From contig CAYPXF010000006.1 in the NCBI GenBank assembly GCA_964415025.1, positions 58 to 64,057 of the forward strand: 64,000 nt of DNA, given 5' to 3'. Position numbers and translations under genes: made by a program. Shown piece after piece: positions 47,092-57,018 of this stretch. Each line of letters starts with the position of its first letter. Position 1 is the stretch's first letter. The notes beneath the pieces were generated by a model that was given only the letters and a program-made list of their open reading frames with translations, was not told where the DNA came from and searched no databases. The stretch is from an uncultured Gammaproteobacteria bacterium (GTDB taxonomy: Bacteria; Patescibacteriota; Patescibacteriia; UBA10025; JAHIVO01).

Positions 47092-48603
47092 TTATTTATT
47101 CGTCTTTTTGATGGTGAAAATCGTTTCTTTTTTCAGGGCCTCCAGAGCCAGATCTATGCGATCTTGGGTCTGGGCATAGAGCGTGTACAACCGTTCTCCT
47201 TTGCGGACTTTTTGGCCTAGGCGTTTGTTGATGTAGATACCGGCCAGCTTGTCATGCGGCGCACCCAGAGTGCGGGCAATCTGGTCTACTATTTTATCAT
47301 TGACCGCAGTCACTTTTCCATCAGTAGGTGCGTGATACCGGTGGCGGATAGCAGCCATGGTCAAATCTTCTGAATCGATATTTGGGTCACCGCCCTGCTC
47401 TTTGATAATCTGTTGCATTTTTTCCCAGGCTTTGCCCGAGGTCAGCGCTTCGGCGGCATACATGTGGCCTTTCCCCTTCTCTACGGCGCCGGTCAATTCT
47501 AGTAATTTAGCTGCTAGTTTGATGCTTTTTTTCTGCAAATCTGACGGCCGGTAATCTTTTTGCTGTAATACGCGCAGTACGTCGCGAGCCTCGAGTGACG
47601 GACCGATGCCACGGCCGACCGGTTCTCGCGTCTCCGTCACAACCACCTCGATGGTAATGCCAAAACGCTTGGCGATTCTGATGAATTTATCCTTCACTTT
47701 CAGCGCTTCGCTGCGCGAGATTACCTTGACAGTCGGACCGTACGGCAAATCAATGACCAAATGGGTCACGCCCATGGCAACTTTTTTCGCAAGTATGCTC
47801 ACCACCATTTTATCCAGTGGTTCGAGGGCCAGCGACCTCTGCACCCGGATAATATAGTCATCTGCCGGAGCCAGCTTAAAACTGCCGCCCCAGATCATAC
47901 AGCAGTTAATTTTTTTAATAATCTGCTTCATGCGCTTGAAGCGGATAGATACCGGCGCAATCACTTCCATAGTATCAGCCGTTCCCGCCGGTGAAGTAAT
48001 AGCCCGTGATGATGTCTTCGGAATAAACACGCCGTATGAGGCCACGATTGGAATAACTACCATGGTAGTACGATTGCCGGCCACCCCGCCGATTGAATGT
48101 TTGTCAGCCACTACGTCACTATCTAATTGCAGTATCTCGCCGGTCTCGGCCATGGCCTTGGTCATATAGTACAGCTCGTCATCAGTAAAATCTTTCAAAA
48201 AACTCGAAGCCACAAAATACGTAATCTCCACTTTGCTCAAATTATGCTTGACAATATCATCGATAATCAAGTACATCTCCTCATATGAAAGCTCACCGCC
48301 GAGTAGCTTCTTACGGATAGCCTCGATTGACGGCGGCCGAGACAGTACCCGTATGGTTACCGGTTCATTATTGGTGACCTGTCGGTATTTCCAAATCTCC
48401 CGAAACATGCCGATCTGACCGCGCTCTACCTTTGACTGGGTATAGTACGCGACCACTGTGGCGCGCTGCCGACCCCAGCGGATTTCGATCAAATCACCCA
48501 TAACCACGCCCAGCGTGCGGGCCTCTTTTTCCTGTAGGACAACTACCCAAGGCTGACCACCCGAGGAAAAATCCAGTTTTTTCGCCCGGAGAACAAAAGG
48601 CAT
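47092..48603 (-). CDS. AMP phosphorylase (archaeal-type thymidine phosphorylase family)
   Basis: N-terminal extra beta domain, DKHSIGGVAGNRTT, PKTSSRAITSPAGTAD, GRGIGPSLEARD. Confidence 0.9.
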   Translation of the reverse strand: MPFVLRAKKLDFSSGGQPWVVVLQEKEARTLGVVMGDLIEIRWGRQRATVVAYYTQSKVERGQIGMFREIWKYRQVTNNEPVTIRVLSRPPSIEAIRKKLLGGELSYEEMYLIIDDIVKHNLSKVEITYFVASSFLKDFTDDELYYMTKAMAETGEILQLDSDVVADKHSIGGVAGNRTTMVVIPIVASYGVFIPKTSSRAITSPAGTADTMEVIAPVSIRFKRMKQIIKKINCCMIWGGSFKLAPADDYIIRVQRSLALEPLDKMVVSILAKKVAMGVTHLVIDLPYGPTVKVISRSEALKVKDKFIRIAKRFGITIEVVVTETREPVGRGIGPSLEARDVLRVLQQKDYRPSDLQKKSIKLAAKLLELTGAVEKGKGHMYAAEALTSGKAWEKMQQIIKEQGGDPNIDSEDLTMAAIRHRYHAPTDGKVTAVNDKIVDQIARTLGAPHDKLAGIYINKRLGQKVRKGERLYTLYAQTQDRIDLALEALKKETIFTIKKTNK

Positions 48604-48724
48604 AGGACTTTATAGGTTAACACGAGCTATATGACAAAAAGATTACTAGGTTAAACAGATAACAATATGTTCGCTACTGCGCTTATTAACCTACAACTCT
48701 TTTAGCTCTTATTAAACCTCTATA

Positions 48725-49648
48725 TTAAATAATCTTATTACGTTTGGCAAAATATATACTACCCATTACAATCCCGGCCAGGATAAAAAAGACCACCCAC
48801 ACGCCGATGGGGTGGTCGGCAAACGGCAGTCCTTCCACGTTCATGCCATAAATGCTGGCTACCAGCGTCATCGGCAGCAGAGCTACGGAAATGACGGTCA
48901 GCGTCTTGATCACTTCGTTTGTCTTCTGATTAATCAGTGATTCGTTCGTATTATACAGGCTATCCAGCGCGTCCCGATAGCTTTCTAGCGCCGTCCACAT
49001 GTTCTCCATATAATCATGCACGTCATCAAAATATACTGCCAGTTTTTCATTAAAAAACGGCTGGCGCATGTGCACGAGCTTATCCACCATTTTCAACTGC
49101 GGTTCGAGCGTACGCCGCAGAGTCAAAATATTTCTTCGGATAATGGCCAGATTAGTCGTAGCTTCCTTATTACTGTCAGAATACACCTCTTCCTCTACTT
49201 CGTTAAGTGATACGCCAATATCATTAATGACCGGCAGATGTTCATGGAATAAATTATCCAATACTTTGTATAGCAAATAACCCGGACTATTTTCCAGGGC
49301 ATCATAGGTTGCGCCGTCCTTAGCCCGCTCTCTAAAATTCTTAAAATAATCCTCCAAAAAATCACCCGGAGCGCTTGAAGCAGTAATAATATAGTCCTTA
49401 CCCAGGAACACGTTCAGCGATAAAATTCCTACCCGCCGCTTTTGACGCTCAAAGGTAGGAAAATGCAAAATCATAAATAAATACTCCTGGTAAATATCCA
49501 GCTTGGGACGCTGGACTCCTTCACGGCAGTCTTTCAGATCCAGCGGGTGGAATGGGAAATGCTCCTCTAAATACCCAATATCCCCGTCAGTAATCGGATT
49601 TATATGGATCCAGCGCAGTTTATGTAATTGTACAACTTTTGGCGGCAT
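48725..49648 (-). CDS. corA: CorA-family Mg/Co transporter
   Basis: FHPLDLKD, RPKLD, YFDDVHD, ASIYGMN plus two C-terminal TMs. Confidence 0.93.
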   Translation of the reverse strand: MPPKVVQLHKLRWIHINPITDGDIGYLEEHFPFHPLDLKDCREGVQRPKLDIYQEYLFMILHFPTFERQKRRVGILSLNVFLGKDYIITASSAPGDFLEDYFKNFRERAKDGATYDALENSPGYLLYKVLDNLFHEHLPVINDIGVSLNEVEEEVYSDSNKEATTNLAIIRRNILTLRRTLEPQLKMVDKLVHMRQPFFNEKLAVYFDDVHDYMENMWTALESYRDALDSLYNTNESLINQKTNEVIKTLTVISVALLPMTLVASIYGMNVEGLPFADHPIGVWVVFFILAGIVMGSIYFAKRNKII

Positions 49649-49756
49649 AAAATCTCGTGTTCACGAGTGAACTATGTCCATATTATACAGGATTTATCCA
49701 AAAAACAAAAACCCGGAAACAATCCAGAATGTACGAATATATATGCAAAAAAAATA

Positions 49757-50035
49757 TTATCTCTTTTTCGACTGGCGCGTAACCTTGTTCAAGTCATCCA
49801 GAATCGAATCCAGCGGCACGCCGTGCACTGCCGCGCCGGCCTCAAGCGTTTCATACGGTGAAATCATACAGCCAATACAGTGAAAACCATACTGTATTAA
49901 AACCTCGGCTGCTTCAGGATGTTTTTCTAAAATCTCACCCATGAGCATGTCTTTAGTGATCAGTCCGGCTGTCTTTTTGTCAGCCTTTTTCTTCGCGGCC
50001 GTGGTTGGTTTTTTCTTAGTAGCCGTGCGTGGCAT
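49757..50035 (-). CDS. DUF1858-domain protein with Lys-rich N-terminal tail
   Basis: ITKDMLMGEILEKHP...GFHCIGC...ETLEAGAAVHG. Confidence 0.85.
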   Translation of the reverse strand: MPRTATKKKPTTAAKKKADKKTAGLITKDMLMGEILEKHPEAAEVLIQYGFHCIGCMISPYETLEAGAAVHGVPLDSILDDLNKVTRQSKKR

Positions 50036-50172
50036 AGTATATCGATTAATAAGCATTTGTAGTGTAGCAATCAGCGTGCTGCTGTCAAGCCACTCCCGAT
50101 TACCAATTACGTGTTCTCAAAACGAAAAAAACATTTTTCATTCCTGGATTCCTCCCGCCAGTCCTCTTGTCT

Positions 50173-50220
50173 TACTCTAATTGCAAATTATTTGCAATTA
50201 GAGTATATTCCTGCTATACT
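50173..50220 (+). promoter_or_regulatory. Zur-like operator overlapping a sigma70 promoter
   Basis: Perfect 16-1-16 palindrome TACTCTAATTGCAAAT-T-ATTTGCAATTAGAGTA; TTGCAA-17 nt-TATACT. Confidence 0.75.
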
Positions 50221-50360
50221 CCCGGTAGACAGTCGTCGGTTATATGTTGAAATAAAAAGTACAAAAAATTTCCGTGTACTAGGCTGCCATTTTCAGCCTT
50301 TTACCTTAAGCCTATAACTACGCTCCTTTCCTAAAGCATGAGACATGTAACATAGTTATT

Positions 50361-50738
50361 ATGAATCCAGTGGATACATTAAAAAAAGCCGGCTATAAAA
50401 TCACCCGTCCCCGCCGCGTGGTAATTAATATTCTCCTCCAAAACAAACATCCCCGGTCAGCGCGGGATATTCATACTGCGCTCAAGCGATCACGGATTAA
50501 TCTCACTTCAGTGTATCGTAGTCTGGAATTATTCGAATACCTGGCTATTGCTTTCAGTGAAGAACGCAATGGCGAACGGTACTACTACCTCGCCAAGGAG
50601 CAGCACCATCACATCACCTGTCGGAAATGCCAACGCACCGAGTGTCTTCCCTGCAAAATGGAATTTAAACCGCCGGCTGGATTTATAAATATCGAACATC
50701 AGCTCACCTTGACCGGGCTGTGTAAGAAATGTATTTAA
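50361..50738 (+). CDS. zur: Fur-family regulator, likely Zur
   Basis: KITRPRR, SVYRSL, HHHITCRKC, GLCKKC; first gene of the znu operon. Confidence 0.85.
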   Translation: MNPVDTLKKAGYKITRPRRVVINILLQNKHPRSARDIHTALKRSRINLTSVYRSLELFEYLAIAFSEERNGERYYYLAKEQHHHITCRKCQRTECLPCKMEFKPPAGFINIEHQLTLTGLCKKCI

Positions 50739-50757
50739 TAATAATTAATAAAAAATC

Positions 50758-51759
50758 ATGAAATCAAAATCCATTATTACAATCCTTATAAGTGCCGCTT
50801 TCGTTGCCATCGTTGTTTTATTAGCCACTGGAGAATCAAAACGCTCTACGGATGAAAATAAAATTACCGTGGGTGCCACGATTTTTCCGGTTTATGATAT
50901 TGCCCGGAATATCGGCGGAGACAATGTCAATGTTATGCAAATTGTTCCCTCCGGCGCCAGTCCGCATACGTATGAAGTAACGCCGGACACCATCGAACAA
51001 TTAGCCCAGGCAAAAACAATATTTGCCATCGGCCACGGTGCTGATTCCTGGACAGACACTATCACCCAAAGTTTGGACAACATAAGGGTAATGATCGTGG
51101 ATAATAATATTACGTTGCTCCCTTTCAGCCAGCACCACCAACATGACCACGAACAAGAGGAACATGAACATGAGCATGAGCATGACCACGAACAAGAGGA
51201 ACATGAGCATGAGCATGACCACGAACAAGAGGAACATGAGCATGAAGGAGAGCATGATCCACACTATTGGCTCTCCGTTACCAACGCCCGACTCATTGCT
51301 GCTACCATAGCGAATGAGTTGGCCGCGCTCGACCCGGACCATAGCGCTGATTACCAGGAAAATCTGAACAGCTACCAAAGCAAGCTCGACACCCTGCTCA
51401 CCGCATCTCACGCAAAACTGGCTACGCTGGATAATAAAAATATAGTGGCCACGCATGGCGCCTGGCAGTATTTTTGCGATGAATTCGATCTGGAAACAGT
51501 CGGCGTGTTTCAGGCCTCGCCCGGCAGAGAGCCTACTCCCCAGGAACTGGCCGCACTGCAAGAAATTGTGGAAACGTACGATATTAGGGCATTATTCTCT
51601 GAACCACAGCTATCTGATGAAGTAGTACGGCCGTTCGCTGATGATACCGGCCTGCCAATATATGACCTCGATCCGCTGGGCGGTACCGACAATCGACAGT
51701 CGTATGTTGAACTGATACAATACAACGTGAACACGATTTATAACGCGCTGCGTCAATGA
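50758..51759 (+). CDS. znuA: Zinc ABC transporter substrate-binding protein
   Basis: GASPHTYE, His/Glu-rich loop, DPHYWLS, THGAWQYF, LDPLG. Confidence 0.93.
   Translation: MKSKSIITILISAAFVAIVVLLATGESKRSTDENKITVGATIFPVYDIARNIGGDNVNVMQIVPSGASPHTYEVTPDTIEQLAQAKTIFAIGHGADSWTDTITQSLDNIRVMIVDNNITLLPFSQHHQHDHEQEEHEHEHEHDHEQEEHEHEHDHEQEEHEHEGEHDPHYWLSVTNARLIAATIANELAALDPDHSADYQENLNSYQSKLDTLLTASHAKLATLDNKNIVATHGAWQYFCDEFDLETVGVFQASPGREPTPQELAALQEIVETYDIRALFSEPQLSDEVVRPFADDTGLPIYDLDPLGGTDNRQSYVELIQYNVNTIYNALRQ
51142..51250 (+). repeat. Tandem coding repeat for the ZnuA His-rich loop
   Basis: Three copies of CATGACCACGAACAAGAGGAACATGA with CATGAG sub-repeats. Confidence 0.85.
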
Positions 51760-52469
51760 ACGTCGCTTCTGTAAAAAACCTTACGGTCAAATACGGCCAT
51801 CACCTTATTCTGGACAATCTGTCTTTTACGATACTTGAAAAATCAATCACCGCTATCATCGGCCCGAACGGCTCGGGCAAGACCACACTGCTGAAAGCAA
51901 TGCTTGATTTGATCCCTTTTCAGGGCACAGTCCGCATCCTCGGCACCAGCCTGCGGCAGGCCAGATCAGACATCGGCTACGTCCCTCAGCGTTTCAGTTT
52001 TGATACCAGTTTCCCCATCACCGTAACAGAATATTTAACACTGGCTCAAAAAAAGAAAAATCAATCGGCTATAGACACGCAGCTCGAAGAAGTAGACATG
52101 CGTGACCGCAGCCAGCAGCTACTGGGCGAACTTTCAGGCGGCCAGCTGCAGCGCGTCTTGGTGGCTAAAGCGCTCCTCAATCAACCGCGTATTCTGTTTC
52201 TCGACGAACCGGCCGCCGGCATAGACATTGGCGGTGAACGCAATTTTTATGAATTGATCCAGCACCTCAATCAAACGCACGGCGTTACTATCCTGGTCGT
52301 ATCCCATGAAATAGATATTGTCTATAAATACGCCACCCAGGTCCTCTGTCTCAATAAACGCATGCTCTGCATGGGCAAGCCCCGTGAAATCTTGACAAGT
52401 GACACGCTGCGGCAACTATACGGCCAGGAAGCATCACTGTACCAACACGCTTATGACAAACATGATTGA
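51756..52469 (+). CDS. znuC: Zinc ABC transporter ATPase
   Basis: GPNGSGKTT, GYVPQ, LSGGQLQR, LDEP. Confidence 0.92.
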   Translation: MNVASVKNLTVKYGHHLILDNLSFTILEKSITAIIGPNGSGKTTLLKAMLDLIPFQGTVRILGTSLRQARSDIGYVPQRFSFDTSFPITVTEYLTLAQKKKNQSAIDTQLEEVDMRDRSQQLLGELSGGQLQRVLVAKALLNQPRILFLDEPAAGIDIGGERNFYELIQHLNQTHGVTILVVSHEIDIVYKYATQVLCLNKRMLCMGKPREILTSDTLRQLYGQEASLYQHAYDKHD

Positions 52470-53274
52470 GCTATTCCAATACCCGTTCATGCAGCGGGCG
52501 CTCATCGTCGGGATTATGCTCGGTGCACTGCTGGCGTATTTAGGGATTTTCGTGATCCTGAAACGTATGGCTTTTTTCGGTGATGGCGTTGCACATGCTT
52601 CACTGGCCGGCATCGCCATCGGCATCCTAGCAGGCATATCACCGCTCATAACAGCGCTGATCTATGGTATTGCCATCGCCCTGATTATGTACTGGACCGA
52701 GCGCAAAGGAAAAATATCCAGTGACGCGGTAATCGGTATTTTTTTTACGGCCAGTATGGCGCTCGGTGTCATTTTAATGAACTACCAGCAGGGATACCAG
52801 CCCGAACTTATCAGCTTTCTATTCGGAAATATTTTGGCCATACAATCGATCGATGTATATATCATCGGAATAATTGCTGCCATTGTGCTGGTATTTTTGA
52901 GCGTCAATTTCAAAAAAATATCACATCTGACGTTTGATCGTGAAAGCGCGTTCCTGGCCGGCATTAATATCACCTTGCTGGAAATCAGCATGTATATTGC
53001 TCTGGCGGTCGCTGTAGTGATTGGCGTCAAAATTTTAGGAATAATTCTCGTCAGCGCACTACTGATACTGCCCGCCTCCACCAGTAAATTAATTGCTGGT
53101 TCGTTTCGCGGTCTACTGGTTAACAGCATCATCGTCGGCGAGCTTTCGGTAATTATTGGTATTATTCTATCGTATACGATAAACTGGCCGACAGGAGCAA
53201 CCATCGTGCTTATCGGCACAGTATTTTTTATCATGACGCTGCTCCTGCGGATGGCGTTTAAAACTAATACGTAA
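52462..53274 (+). CDS. znuB: Zinc ABC transporter permease
   Basis: FMQRAL, GDGVAHASLAG, FLFGNIL, GIILVSALLILP. Confidence 0.92.
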   Translation: MIELFQYPFMQRALIVGIMLGALLAYLGIFVILKRMAFFGDGVAHASLAGIAIGILAGISPLITALIYGIAIALIMYWTERKGKISSDAVIGIFFTASMALGVILMNYQQGYQPELISFLFGNILAIQSIDVYIIGIIAAIVLVFLSVNFKKISHLTFDRESAFLAGINITLLEISMYIALAVAVVIGVKILGIILVSALLILPASTSKLIAGSFRGLLVNSIIVGELSVIIGIILSYTINWPTGATIVLIGTVFFIMTLLLRMAFKTNT

Positions 53275-53276
53275 TC

Positions 53277-53813
53277 ATGGCGCATAAGGAAAGTCCCCCG
53301 CCCTTGGTCCACCTTGTCACTGACGAGGAAGCCAAAGGAAAAGCTAAAGAACTGTTTGAACAAATGAAAGCCAAAACCGGCGCCGTCCCCAAATGGATGC
53401 GGGTCATGGCCAGCAATGATGATATCCTGGTTGGTTTTTTCACCCTGTTCAAAGCAACCATGGACGATCAGCCGGTCGAAGCAAAGCTAAAATGGAAAAT
53501 GGCCTACGCCGTGTCCGAAGCCAATAAATGCGAATTCTGCGTCAGCGTATCGAAGCAAATGCTGGCCAGCTTCGGCATGAGCGACCAGGAAATCGGCAGC
53601 CTGGACCAGACCGCCAATGAACGTGAAAAAACAGCCATGGAATATGCGGCCGCGTCGACCGAACACGCGTATAACATCGACCAAGAATTATTCAGCCGGG
53701 TCAAACAGTATTTCAGCGACAAGGAAATCGTCGAGCTGACCAGTGTTGTCGGATTATTCAACTTTATTAACCGATTTAATGATTCGCTGGGCGTACTGCC
53801 GGACATGAAATAA
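53277..53813 (+). CDS. Carboxymuconolactone decarboxylase/AhpD-like protein
   Basis: VSEANKCEFC, FSDKEIVEL, NFINRFND. Confidence 0.85.
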   Translation: MAHKESPPPLVHLVTDEEAKGKAKELFEQMKAKTGAVPKWMRVMASNDDILVGFFTLFKATMDDQPVEAKLKWKMAYAVSEANKCEFCVSVSKQMLASFGMSDQEIGSLDQTANEREKTAMEYAAASTEHAYNIDQELFSRVKQYFSDKEIVELTSVVGLFNFINRFNDSLGVLPDMK

Positions 53814-53826
53814 TACCACCATACGT

Positions 53827-53856
53827 AAAACAGAGCACTGACCAGTGCTCTGTTTT
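53827..53856. terminator. Bidirectional terminator
   Basis: AAAACAGAGCACTG-ac-CAGTGCTCTGTTTT. Confidence 0.8.
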
Positions 53857-54991
53857 ACGTATGCGGCGGGGATCCTACTGGCCGCGGTTTGGGACGACGG
53901 ATAAACCGCGCCGCCAGCCAGGTAGTGATGGGTACGGCCAGCACCAAACCAATACTGCCGGTCAGCGTCCGCACGATCTCCGTGGCTATTTGTTCATTAT
54001 TAATCACGTCCCCCAATGTAGTAAAGGGTGGCTGGTTTATGGAAAACAAAATAAGCAGCGGCAGCGCCGCGCCGGCATAAGCCAAAAACAGCGTATTGAC
54101 CATGGAACTCATGTGGGATACACCGACCCGCATGGCTTTTTTGAACACCTGACCGGTGGACAAGTCGGGGTTACTGGCTTTGAATTCCCTGACTAACACG
54201 GTCTGGGAAATAGCCACGTCGTCCAGCACACCGAGCGCCCCGATAATAATGCCGGCCAGCAGTAAACCCTGAACATTGAGATCGCCGACACCGAGACTGA
54301 TCAGATAAATCGCTTCATCACTAGCAAACCCGGTCAGCTTAGTCAGGCTTGTAAACCACAGTGAAAGTAGTCCTGTGATAATCAGGGAAATAAGAATCCC
54401 ACTAACAGCAATGGTGGAGCTGCGTTTAAATCCTTCAGTAAAATATATCGCCACCACCAGAATAGCAACAGCTCCGATAATACTGACCAGCAACGGCGGC
54501 CAGCCATCCAAAATACGAGGAATGATGAACCCCAGGATAACTAAAAAAGTCAAGACTAACACAAGCAGGGCTCGCAATCCCTTGAGACGTCCGACCACAA
54601 TCACTATTACCGCAAAGAGCAGCGCTAGCCATAGCAACGGCCCCTGTCGCACATAATCCACGACAAAGAAGATATCCTCGCCGTCGACGTTGATCGTGTG
54701 CGTTACCTGCACTTTATCACCAACACTATATTCAGGAACTGCCGTGACTTCATACTGTGTCCCGTCATAAATAATTTCCTTATTTTCCCAGGATCCCTCG
54801 AGTGGCCGCAATTTTAATTTTTGCTGCACCGCCGTATCGCCGGCTTCATTGGCTATTGTTTTTTGTTCCATGACCTCGACCACCCGTGCCGGAAATGTTT
54901 CACTGGCGGCAGTATTCTGCTGCTGAGCTGCTCCAATCTGGGGCAAACAAATAAGTCCGGTCAGTAATAGTATGAGGGCGCATTTCTTCAT
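53855..54991 (-). CDS. YibE/F-family membrane protein
   Basis: GIIIGALGVLDDVAISQ, HMSSMVNTLFLAYAG, EIVRTLTGSIGLVLAVP. Confidence 0.9.
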   Translation of the reverse strand: MKKCALILLLTGLICLPQIGAAQQQNTAASETFPARVVEVMEQKTIANEAGDTAVQQKLKLRPLEGSWENKEIIYDGTQYEVTAVPEYSVGDKVQVTHTINVDGEDIFFVVDYVRQGPLLWLALLFAVIVIVVGRLKGLRALLVLVLTFLVILGFIIPRILDGWPPLLVSIIGAVAILVVAIYFTEGFKRSSTIAVSGILISLIITGLLSLWFTSLTKLTGFASDEAIYLISLGVGDLNVQGLLLAGIIIGALGVLDDVAISQTVLVREFKASNPDLSTGQVFKKAMRVGVSHMSSMVNTLFLAYAGAALPLLILFSINQPPFTTLGDVINNEQIATEIVRTLTGSIGLVLAVPITTWLAARFIRRPKPRPVGSPPHT

Positions 54992-55068
54992 AGCCTCAAT
55001 TGTATTCCGAAAATAATACTATGTCAAACCAAACCAGCCTGCTGTCCTGGCCGGTTTAAGTCGGGATA

Positions 55069-55102
55069 TTTACTTAAACATTCTTAAGAATGTTTAAGTA
55101 AA
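55069..55102. repeat. Perfect 34-bp palindrome
   Basis: TTTACTTAAACATTCTT|AAGAATGTTTAAGTAAA. Confidence 0.85.
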
Positions 55103-55474
55103 ACAGGCAACTTCTTGTCCCTTCAGGTCGCTAACGCGTTTATAGAGGTCGTTGGCAATTCCTCGTGTTCGGCAGCAGGGCCCTCACCATGTATATCACT
55201 TTCCGGCCAAACATACATAGGCTGATTAGCACAATTTATGAAAAGCTCCATCACAATGGACAATATAAACGAACGTGGCAATAGTCAAATCTGTCACTCC
55301 TAACCTGAAGAAAACTATACAGCAGTTCATCGCTCCGGACGTGGTCCGCCCCATCATTAATTTGGCAATAAGCAGATAAAATAATATTTCACCACTGCAG
55401 TCTGCCGGCGGATTTGTGTCCGGTGGATCTGCTATTGAATCACCGCGCTTCCTAAAACAAATCCTAATCCTTGA

Positions 55475-56014
55475 TTACTGTTTATTGGCTATACTGGCTC
55501 GAAATTGTTTCTGCCCGAGCCCAGCTCGTGCCATCTCAAATGCCCCGAAGAGAAGAAAACTATACACCAGATCTCCCGCGAGCATATTGCGCCAAAAAGG
55601 AATACCGAGGGTATACGCATACAACAGCCCCCCGACAGTTTTTTCATACCACGGTGAAAAAGCCCAGACAGCAGCGTTTGTCACTAGGAAAAAAAGCAAC
55701 GACGACCCTACAATGGTAAAAAATAGCGGTATTACCCCTCGCCATTTACTCCCTGCCCAGCTCACGCACCCGATCAGGACGATGGAGCCATAAACACTTA
55801 GCATGATCTTCCAGTCGTACCAGCCAATCAGTGCGTCTGATATGGCCAGCGCAGTGACAGGCAGTATGAGCGACCATCGCTTACCTATATAAACACTGCT
55901 GACTAAGGCAATCGCCACGAGCGGTGTTGCGTTCGGCATGTGCGGCAACAGGCGCCCGCCGACACCTAGTGCCAGGAGGGCAATAATAATTGGAAGAATA
56001 TTGTTCTTATGCAT
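55475..56014 (-). CDS. Putative solitary S-component transporter (DUF6580/BtuM-like), likely cobalamin uptake
   Basis: RLLPHMPNATPLVAIAL, FFLVTNAAVW, YTLGIPFWRNML; about 6 TMs; position in the nrdJ-pduO operon. Confidence 0.75.
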   Translation of the reverse strand: MHKNNILPIIIALLALGVGGRLLPHMPNATPLVAIALVSSVYIGKRWSLILPVTALAISDALIGWYDWKIMLSVYGSIVLIGCVSWAGSKWRGVIPLFFTIVGSSLLFFLVTNAAVWAFSPWYEKTVGGLLYAYTLGIPFWRNMLAGDLVYSFLLFGAFEMARAGLGQKQFRASIANKQ

Positions 56015-56029
56015 ACATTTTTATACATC

Positions 56030-56464
56030 TCAAAATTCAGAACTAGTAAAATGCCACTCGACCACGTCGCCGTCGTGCAATTGGAGCGCATCGGCGCCAA
56101 CCTCCGGCATAACGCCGTTAACTGTATACTGCCAATACTTATCATCAGCACCGTTTGTTTTTCCGTTCATGCTCTCTACTAACACGCCGAGTCCTGGGTA
56201 CTCTTTGACAATAAGCTGTAGCCGCGATTCTGTATCGTCAAGCTGTGCCAATACTGCCAGCACCGTTTGTTCCGAAGCTATGGCGACTGCCCGCTCATTA
56301 AATACTCCTTCGACAGAAATAACCACGCTTGCCGCAGAGTCTGATACCTGGTCTGTTGCTTCTGTGACCACGTTATTATCCCGACCGGCGATGAAAAACA
56401 CGACAGCCAACGCGGCTATGACGACACCAGTACCGACAAATTTCCATATTCGTTTGCTATACAT
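56030..56464 (-). CDS. DUF4430 / transcobalamin-C-like protein with N-terminal anchor
   Basis: GVLVESMNG...YWQYTVNGVMPEVGAD...DGDVVEW. Confidence 0.8.
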   Translation of the reverse strand: MYSKRIWKFVGTGVVIAALAVVFFIAGRDNNVVTEATDQVSDSAASVVISVEGVFNERAVAIASEQTVLAVLAQLDDTESRLQLIVKEYPGLGVLVESMNGKTNGADDKYWQYTVNGVMPEVGADALQLHDGDVVEWHFTSSEF

Positions 56465-56477
56465 AGTAATAAAATTA

Positions 56478-57014
56478 TTATTGATAAGACGGTGGTGATT
56501 CGTGTACGCCCTGGACCGCGACACTATATCGTGCCAAAACGTATAAAAAACTGGAAAGGCGGTTAAGATATGCAGCGGATTCTCGGGAAATATTCCGCTC
56601 GGACCGGATTCCCCAAACCGTACGTTCTGCACGGCGAGCCACTGCACGGGCATAATCACATAACGCGGAAAAGGAAGTGGCTCCCGGAATGACAAAAGAG
56701 GACGATTTTGGAATTAACTTTTCTACCCGGTCAATGTTTTTTTCTAACACGTCGATATGGATTTTGCCGATAGACTTTCCTGCGCCGGCAATTTCGGCCT
56801 GAATAATAAACAAGCATTCTTGTACCGCCCTAATCATGCGCGGGGTATCCATAGCTTTTTCATCCGGACCAGAACGCACACGGCATATGCCGAGCAGTGA
56901 ATTCAATTCATCAACATCACCGAGTGCTTTATAAATGGGGCTGTTTTTAGGTAGCCGCTCACTTGTCCCGAAAAGTCCTGTCGTTCCCTTATCTCCCCGA
57001 CGGGTATACAGCAT
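56478..57014 (-). CDS. pduO: Cob(I)alamin adenosyltransferase, PduO type
   Basis: YTRRGDKGTT, GDVDELNS, FVIPG, RRAER, YLNRLSS. Confidence 0.93.
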   Translation of the reverse strand: MLYTRRGDKGTTGLFGTSERLPKNSPIYKALGDVDELNSLLGICRVRSGPDEKAMDTPRMIRAVQECLFIIQAEIAGAGKSIGKIHIDVLEKNIDRVEKLIPKSSSFVIPGATSFSALCDYARAVARRAERTVWGIRSERNISRESAAYLNRLSSFLYVLARYSVAVQGVHESPPSYQ

Positions 57015-57018
57015 ATAA

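Noticed and set aside
49658-49673. TGTTCAC-GA-GTGAACT as a parS site
   Set aside because: Spacing differs from the TGTTTCACGTGAAACA consensus and it is a single copy
51142-51250. Direct repeats as a CRISPR array
   Set aside because: In-frame coding repeats without unique spacers; no CRISPR array or cas gene was seen in the window
55416-56498. Plus-strand ORFs 55416..55793 and 55938..56498
   Set aside because: Antisense to well-supported minus-strand genes
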